From an uncultured Muribaculaceae bacterium (GTDB lineage: Bacteria > Bacteroidota > Bacteroidia > Bacteroidales > UBA932): 64,000 nt of DNA. The translations under genes were made by a program, and so were the position numbers. Shown piece by piece: positions 58,114-64,000 of this stretch (positions are counted from its first letter, which is position 1; each line of letters begins with the position of its first letter). The notes under the pieces are model-generated. The model saw only the letters and a list, made by a program, of their open reading frames with translations. It was not told the DNA's origin and searched no databases. The stretch is from contig CAYZKZ010000003.1 of the NCBI GenBank assembly GCA_964479325.1, positions 339 through 64,338 on the forward strand. Reading direction: 5' to 3'.

Positions 58114-59949
58114 TTATTTAGTCTCAAGGCCGAAATCCTTGACAAGGTTCTGGACCTCTCCGTTCTGCTCCATAAGAGCGGTGGCCTTCTCCTGATCCGT
58201 GTAAGGCTGGACGGCCTTCTCCTCAATCGGAATGACAGCGACCTCAAGGCGGATTCTTGAAGATCCGACCTTCTTACGCAAATTCCCTTCCAGATCCATA
58301 AGGCGGTTCTCCCTGATCCATTTTTCCTGAGCGGCGTTGCTCACCTTGAACGTGAGTTCCTTGTAGCCGTCTTTCGCCACAATGCCGACCTCGGCGTTAC
58401 GAAGGGTGTTCGCAAGTCTCGGACTTGAGGCGTTCTCCTCAGGAATGGTCTTCCAGGCCTCAAGGACAGCCTCGTCCTCCGGAATCACATCCGCCACCTG
58501 AACAGTCTCCTTGACGGTCTTCTTGCTCTCTTCCTCTTCCATTATGGAATTGATGGAAAGCGCCGCCCCGGTCTTGACCGGTTTTCTTCTGGCTCTCGGA
58601 GCGGGAGCCTCAACCGACGCAGACGGTGCAGGCGCTGCACTCTCTTCGGTCACTGAGCCTGTCGAAGTGACCGCAACCTTATCATCCTTCCGAGAAACAG
58701 TTTCTGAATATACTTGTGTCTCAACAGGTTTCGGAGCCTCAACAGATGCGGGCGCAGCGGGAACTGCGGTCACTGCGGTCACTTCGACAGGCTCAGTGAC
58801 CGAAGCGACCGCCTTGACGGCCGCTGAGCCTGCCGAAGCGCCGGCGGCCACAGGAGCCTTCATAAGAAAACTCAACTTCATCAAGGCAAACTCGATGTGA
58901 AGCCGCGGATTCACAGCCTGCTTGTACCCCGCCTCACAGGACGAGGTCACGGTCAAAGCGTCGTACAGGAATTTCAGCGAACACCTCGCCGCCTGCTCGG
59001 CGTACCTGCCCTTCAACGAATCCGGCAGCTCAAGCAAAGCGTCAAGCCCGCCGTTCTTCGTCACCATCAAATCCCGGAAATGCGAGCTGAGGGCTGCGCA
59101 GAAATGAAGTGCGTTGAAACCTTTGGAAAGAATCTCGTCGAATTTCAGCAGAGCCGTGCCGTAGTCTCCGGCGAGGAAAGCATCCACAAGGGCGAAACTA
59201 TAGTCATAGTCAAGCACATTGAGGTTCTTCAGAACATCAGCGTACTTGACATCTGTCCCGCAGAACGCCACAGTCTGGTCAAAAATCGTGAGAGCGTCGC
59301 GCATCGCCCCGTCAGCCTTCTGCGCGATGATGTGCAGAGACTCGTCATCGATGTTGATCCCCTCCTTCCCTGCGATCATCCTCAGGTTGCTGACAATGTC
59401 CGGGACAGAGATCCTGTTGAAATCATAAGTCTGGCAACGGGAGAGTATGGTCGGAAGAATCTTGTGCTTCTCGGTGGTGGCGAGGATGAATATGGCGTGT
59501 GCCGGCGGCTCCTCCAAAGTCTTGAGGAAGGCGTTGAACGCGGCCGTCGATAGCATATGCACCTCATCGATGATGTACACGCTGTACTTCCCTACCTGCG
59601 GAGGAATCTGAACCTGATCCATCAGGTTCTTGATGTCATCCACACCGTTGTTGGACGCGGCGTCCAGCTCGTGGATGCAGTACGAGCGGCCTTCCTGAAA
59701 GGACTTGCAGGACTCGCACTCTCCGCAAGGCTCCATATCAGGCGAAGGATTGGAACAGTTGATGGCCTTGGCGAAGATTCTCGCCGTGGTCGTCTTGCCG
59801 ACACCGCGCGGGCCGCAGAACAAGTAGGCGTGCGCCAGTTTTCCCCTGATGATGGAGTTCTTCAGGGTCTGCGCGATGTTGTCCTGACCGATGAGAGACT
59901 CGAATGAGTCAGGACGATATTTCCTTGCAGATACTATGTAGTCTGACAT
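58114..59949 (-). CDS. dnaX: DNA polymerase III subunit gamma/tau
   Basis: ARKYRP, GPRGVGKTT, Zn-binding CGECESC, IIDEVHML and ILSRC motifs. Confidence 0.96.
   Translation of the reverse strand: MSDYIVSARKYRPDSFESLIGQDNIAQTLKNSIIRGKLAHAYLFCGPRGVGKTTTARIFAKAINCSNPSPDMEPCGECESCKSFQEGRSYCIHELDAASNNGVDDIKNLMDQVQIPPQVGKYSVYIIDEVHMLSTAAFNAFLKTLEEPPAHAIFILATTEKHKILPTILSRCQTYDFNRISVPDIVSNLRMIAGKEGINIDDESLHIIAQKADGAMRDALTIFDQTVAFCGTDVKYADVLKNLNVLDYDYSFALVDAFLAGDYGTALLKFDEILSKGFNALHFCAALSSHFRDLMVTKNGGLDALLELPDSLKGRYAEQAARCSLKFLYDALTVTSSCEAGYKQAVNPRLHIEFALMKLSFLMKAPVAAGASAGSAAVKAVASVTEPVEVTAVTAVPAAPASVEAPKPVETQVYSETVSRKDDKVAVTSTGSVTEESAAPAPSASVEAPAPRARRKPVKTGAALSINSIMEEEESKKTVKETVQVADVIPEDEAVLEAWKTIPEENASSPRLANTLRNAEVGIVAKDGYKELTFKVSNAAQEKWIRENRLMDLEGNLRKKVGSSRIRLEVAVIPIEEKAVQPYTDQEKATALMEQNGEVQNLVKDFGLETK
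58648..58840. repeat. Three REP palindromes inside the dnaX coding sequence
   Basis: Perfect copies at 58648-58672 and 58777-58801 (mutually inverted), and a degenerate copy at 58819-58840. Confidence 0.92.
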
Positions 59950-60119
59950 AACGGCATACAAATCGCGGGGAGTGGTTGTCCGCGCCAAGTTTTGTAAGGC
60001 AAATTTACGCAATATTTTGTACTTTTGTGTCGGACGGCGCGAAGTATGGAACTTTTTGTGCGCCAAGTCCCGGATTACGGGGCTTGAACACGAACGAAAA
60101 CATTGACAAAAAACAAGCT

Positions 60120-60971
60120 ATGAGACGAACATTGAAATTATTGGCCTTGGCCATCGCCGGGCTTCTGCTCACCACCGATGTCTTAGGTCAGGTACAGATC
60201 ACGACAAGAAGGGAGAAACTGAAGGACTTCACATCCAAGACAACAAAGGTCGTACTCACCGGCGACGAGTTCCTGGACGAGGCTCTGAAGGAGAGTGTGG
60301 CCGCGACCTGGACGGTGACTCCTTACGAGTTCTGCTCGAACGACGAATTCCAGAAACTGAAGTCCAACGACAGTTTCTATTTCCTGATGGTCGTGAAAGG
60401 ACAGTTCCGCAGGGAATCCGAACCGGGAATCGATATGCTGACCCTCGTCAAAGGCGGTGAGGAATCCGCCGACATCAACGATATGTTCGAGGTCGTGAGC
60501 TTCCCGCTCCGTCCGACCGAGGATCCGTCCGGGCGGGAGTTCGTTATGCTTCCGGCCTTCCTGAAAATCATCCAGGAACACACCATCAGCCTCACTGACA
60601 CCGAGATGAAAGCCTACTCCAGCATCGGAGCGAAGGACACCAGGAAACTGAGGATCAAGAGAATATTCTTCTGGTCGGAAGACATCGCCCCGCAGGTCGA
60701 TGAGCAGACCAAAAGGTCACTGGACGAGGACATCCTCATCAAGGACGACGAGGACGAGGTCGATGAGATCTTCTCGGAAGGCACGTTCAACACCGTTGTC
60801 AGCTATGTCGTAGCCCCTTCAGAGCCTGTCAACGGATCAATCTGCTACAAGATGCTCATCGGATCGGACAATCACGAGCTGTACTACTTCAAGAAGCACA
60901 AGATCACGGCGAAGAGCGGCAAGGGATTCCTGTCCGCCGACATCAAGACCATAAAATCGCTCAGGAAATGA
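60120..60971 (+). CDS. Hypothetical secreted protein
   Basis: Signal peptide MRRTLKLLALAIAGLLL, host-like codon usage, ATGA overlap with the next gene. Confidence 0.75.
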   Translation: MRRTLKLLALAIAGLLLTTDVLGQVQITTRREKLKDFTSKTTKVVLTGDEFLDEALKESVAATWTVTPYEFCSNDEFQKLKSNDSFYFLMVVKGQFRRESEPGIDMLTLVKGGEESADINDMFEVVSFPLRPTEDPSGREFVMLPAFLKIIQEHTISLTDTEMKAYSSIGAKDTRKLRIKRIFFWSEDIAPQVDEQTKRSLDEDILIKDDEDEVDEIFSEGTFNTVVSYVVAPSEPVNGSICYKMLIGSDNHELYYFKKHKITAKSGKGFLSADIKTIKSLRK

Positions 60972-62197
60972 TCGTCGGGACGGCTGACTGCGGACTCCGT
61001 TATGCGGTCAAGAGAAGTGGCAACGCGGTCGGATACTGCTCGTTGACCATCAAATGCGGGACAAGGGACGAGGGGGATTTCCACAGCGGAATCGCACATT
61101 TTACCGAACACACGATATTCAAAGGCACCGAGCGCAAAAGCGCCCGGGTGATCAGCAGTTGCCTCGACAAACTCGGCGGAGAGCTCAACGCCTTCACAAC
61201 CAAGGAGGAGATTGTCATACACTCGACAGTCCTCAAAGAAGACCTCGGCAAGGCCGTTTCCCTCCTGCTTGAATTAGCGACCTGCCCCACATTCCCGGAG
61301 GATGAAGTGGCTGTGGAGAAAGGCGTGGTCATCGACGAGATCAACTCCTACAAGGACTCCCCAGCCGATGATGTCTATGACAAGTTCGAGGAGGCTCTGT
61401 TCGCCGAACACCCTCTCGGACGCTCGATTCTCGGAACGGCGGCGAGCGTGAGGAAAATCACCGGAAAAGAGCTGAGGGAGTTCTCAAAAGAGCATTTCAC
61501 TCCAGGGAATATGGCGTTGGCGATAGTGGCCGACATCGATGAGAAACGCCTGGAGGACAACATCGTCAAGTTGGCGGGGAAGGTCTTCGCAGGCGAGACC
61601 CGCGTCAGCGCCGAGCGTACCGTCACCGGGATTCCTTGCCGCCCGTCCTTCAACAAGCGCCTGGAAAAAAGAAACCACGAGGTCAACGCGGTCATCGGCA
61701 ACTTCGCCCCTTCCCTCTTTGACACCAAGGAACGATTCGCCGCCATCCTGATGAGCAACATCATCGGAGGCCCGGCATCCAACTCCCTGCTCAACAGCCT
61801 CTTAAGAGAAAAGAACGGATGGGTCTATGGGGTGGAGACCTCCTACTCGCAATACACCGAGTCCGGAATAATGACGATCAGCCTCGGATGCGAGAGAGGC
61901 AACTTGGAGAAATGTCTGGACGCTGTCAGGAAAGTGATCCGGCGGATGCAGGAGGAGGAATATTCCCCCGCCAGACTCAAGGCGGCCAAGAAGCAGATTC
62001 TCGGCCAGCTCGCCATCAGCTCCGACAACGGCGAGGCGCAGTGCCTCTCAATGGGCAAAAGCCTTATGTCACTCGGAGGGATATTCACGGACAGGCAGAA
62101 CCGCGAGGCAATCGAGGCCGTGACAGCCGAAGAGATAAGGGACGCCGCGGTGAGGATATTCAACCCCGAAAGCACCTCCTCCCTGATTTATCTTTAA
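60968..62197 (+). CDS. M16 (pitrilysin-family) zinc peptidase
   Basis: Inverted zinc motif HFTEH, NAFTTKE and LREKNGWVY. Confidence 0.92.
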   Translation: MIVGTADCGLRYAVKRSGNAVGYCSLTIKCGTRDEGDFHSGIAHFTEHTIFKGTERKSARVISSCLDKLGGELNAFTTKEEIVIHSTVLKEDLGKAVSLLLELATCPTFPEDEVAVEKGVVIDEINSYKDSPADDVYDKFEEALFAEHPLGRSILGTAASVRKITGKELREFSKEHFTPGNMALAIVADIDEKRLEDNIVKLAGKVFAGETRVSAERTVTGIPCRPSFNKRLEKRNHEVNAVIGNFAPSLFDTKERFAAILMSNIIGGPASNSLLNSLLREKNGWVYGVETSYSQYTESGIMTISLGCERGNLEKCLDAVRKVIRRMQEEEYSPARLKAAKKQILGQLAISSDNGEAQCLSMGKSLMSLGGIFTDRQNREAIEAVTAEEIRDAAVRIFNPESTSSLIYL

Positions 62198-62217
62198 CAC
62201 CACTAATAGCACTGAAT

Positions 62218-63645
62218 ATGAATCGTTTGACCCTGGCAGCCGCCGCACTTGCGGCAATAGTCACCACCTCCTGTGGAACAGGCTCATCCCTGCCCCCTGA
62301 ACCATTCGGTCCCGTTCCCACGAAACAACAGTTGGAATGGCAGAAGATGGAAATGAATATGTTCGTCCACTTCGGTCCCAACACTTTCACTGGTCGTGAG
62401 TGGGGACTTGGCACAGAGGCCGAGGATGTCTTCAACCCTACGGCCCTGGACTGCTCTCAGTGGACATCAATCGCCAAGGCGGCCGGGTTCAAGGGGGTCA
62501 TCATCACCGGCAAGCATCACGACGGGTTCTGCCTTTGGCCTAATCCGGTCTGCGAGCACACCGTGGCGAAAAGTCCGTGGAAAGACGGCAAGGGTGACGT
62601 TCTGAGGGAACTGTCCGAGGCCTGCGCCAAGGACGGTGTGAAATTCGGGGTCTATATCTCTCCGTGGGACAGGAACGATCCGACCTACGGGACTCCGGAG
62701 TACAACGATGTCTATGTCAAGACTCTCGAAAGCGCCCTCGGCGGTTACGGCGAGGTCTTCGAGCAGTGGTTCGACGGGGCCAACGGCGAAGGGCCGAACG
62801 GGAAAAGGCAGGACTATGACTGGGCGCTGTTCAACGGGACGGTGAGAAAGCTGCAGCCGGACGCTGTGATATTCAGCGACATCGGTCCTGACTGCCGTTG
62901 GGTCGGCAACGAGAGAGGCTCGGCGGGTCGGACTTGCTGGGGTATGCTGGACACGGAAGGATTCACTCCAGGAGCCGGCGCTCCTTGCAGGGACACCCTC
63001 AACATCGGCAACGTCCACGGAGCCGCCTGGATTCCGGCCGAGACCGATGTGTCCATCCGTCCGGGCTGGTTCTGGAGGGAAAGCGAGAACGACAAGGTCA
63101 AGTCGGTCGATGAACTTCTCAAGATATACTACGAGAGCGTGGGGCGCAACTCCCTGCTGCTCCTGAACGTTCCGCCGGACACGACAGGCCGCGTCAACGC
63201 CGTCGATTCTGTCAGGCTGATGGAGTTCAGGGCCGCCCTCGACAGGATATTCAAAAACAACCTCGCCGAAGGTGCGAAAGCGGAGGCGACCGCCACCAGA
63301 GGCCGCTCCTTCAAGGCCGCCAACCTCCTGAATGATGACTATGACTCCTTCTGGGCCGCTCCGGACGGCATTACAGAAGCGTCCATAACCATATCACTCA
63401 AGGGCGAGCGCACCTTCAATCTCATTCAGCTTCAGGAATATATCCCTTTAGGCCAAAGGGTCAAGTCCTTCACCGTCGAGGCTTTGGGGTCTGACGGTAA
63501 TTGGGCCGAGATAGCCTCCGAGACCACCATCGGCCACAAGCGCATAATCCCCGTCGCCGAGACCACCGCCTCGAAAGTCCGCCTAAACATCACCTCCTCC
63601 CTCGCATGCCCCGTCCTCAACGGGTTCGCATTGTTTATGGATTGA
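62218..63645 (+). CDS. Alpha-L-fucosidase GH29 with a C-terminal F5/8 domain, lipoprotein
   Basis: FVHFGPNTF, KHHDGFCLWP, WFDGA, SIRPGWF and SVGRNSLLLLNVPP motifs. Confidence 0.93.
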   Translation: MNRLTLAAAALAAIVTTSCGTGSSLPPEPFGPVPTKQQLEWQKMEMNMFVHFGPNTFTGREWGLGTEAEDVFNPTALDCSQWTSIAKAAGFKGVIITGKHHDGFCLWPNPVCEHTVAKSPWKDGKGDVLRELSEACAKDGVKFGVYISPWDRNDPTYGTPEYNDVYVKTLESALGGYGEVFEQWFDGANGEGPNGKRQDYDWALFNGTVRKLQPDAVIFSDIGPDCRWVGNERGSAGRTCWGMLDTEGFTPGAGAPCRDTLNIGNVHGAAWIPAETDVSIRPGWFWRESENDKVKSVDELLKIYYESVGRNSLLLLNVPPDTTGRVNAVDSVRLMEFRAALDRIFKNNLAEGAKAEATATRGRSFKAANLLNDDYDSFWAAPDGITEASITISLKGERTFNLIQLQEYIPLGQRVKSFTVEALGSDGNWAEIASETTIGHKRIIPVAETTASKVRLNITSSLACPVLNGFALFMD

Positions 63646-63649
63646 CGAA

Positions 63650-64000
63650 ATGAACAAAAAAGATAAAGACACACAGCCATCGGTAAAGCATAATGGCTAT
63701 GCCGAAATACTGCGAGACGCTGTCGCGGCTATAGAGAAGACACGGACGGACATAGCGCGCCACATCAACGTATCCGTGACCACCGCCTATTGGGAGATAG
63801 GTCGGCTGTTACACGAGCGAAAAGTGGAAAGCGAATATGGCGACGGCATCGTGAAGCAGTTGTCAAGCGACCTGAAAGAGCGGTATCCTCAAATGGGTGT
63901 CTCAATGCGCCAATTGTGGAATATGAAGAAGTTTTATGAACGCTATGCAGGACACGATGAGAAACTGCTACGCTCCGTAGCACTTTTGCCCTGGTCGCAC
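63650..64000 (+). CDS. yhcG: YhcG/DUF1016 family protein (PDDEXK nuclease), 3'-truncated by the window
   Basis: My translation gives ...YWEIGRLL...YGDGIVKQLSSDL...MKKFY...LPWSH, typical of the DUF1016 N-terminus. It is absent from the ORF track. Confidence 0.85.
   Translation, partial: MNKKDKDTQPSVKHNGYAEILRDAVAAIEKTRTDIARHINVSVTTAYWEIGRLLHERKVESEYGDGIVKQLSSDLKERYPQMGVSMRQLWNMKKFYERYAGHDEKLLRSVALLPWSH

Noticed and set aside
58114-59949. E. coli-type dnaX -1 frameshift site
   Set aside because: No A AAA AAG or long A-run was seen in the linker region.
61819-62217. Extended N-terminus of the GH29 ORF in the track
   Set aside because: It overlaps the M16 peptidase. The ATG at 62218 gives a proper lipoprotein signal.

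Overview
This is a Bacteroidales chromosome segment, judged from SusC/SusD pairs, TAnnTTTG promoters and C-ending codon bias. It opens with the right part of an IS3-family element, a strongly structured ~290-nt non-coding region and a stand-alone tyrosine recombinase. Next come a SusC/SusD pair, an AAA/DUF4143 ATPase between ~120-bp direct repeats, and a lipoprotein subtilase with a T9SS-type C-terminus plus a PorV-like gene. The housekeeping block holds an attenuator-controlled Phe/Tyr operon, frr-pyrH, tRNA-Leu(CAA), nagB genes and purL-purC-cysS. About 32-57 kb is a utilisation locus with no recognisable glycoside hydrolase: SusC/D, metallophosphoesterases, GDPD, MtlD, an AlsE-like epimerase and two GlpT/UhpT-type MFS transporters, which suggests catabolism of polyol-phosphate (teichoic-acid-like) polymers. 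It is interrupted by a second AAA/DUF4143 gene bracketed by twin 36-bp palindromes. The window ends with lptB, dnaX, an M16 peptidase, a GH29 fucosidase and a partial yhcG. A 25-bp REP palindrome occurs throughout, including in-frame inside dnaX and an esterase. All calls come from reading the sequence; no database searches were run.
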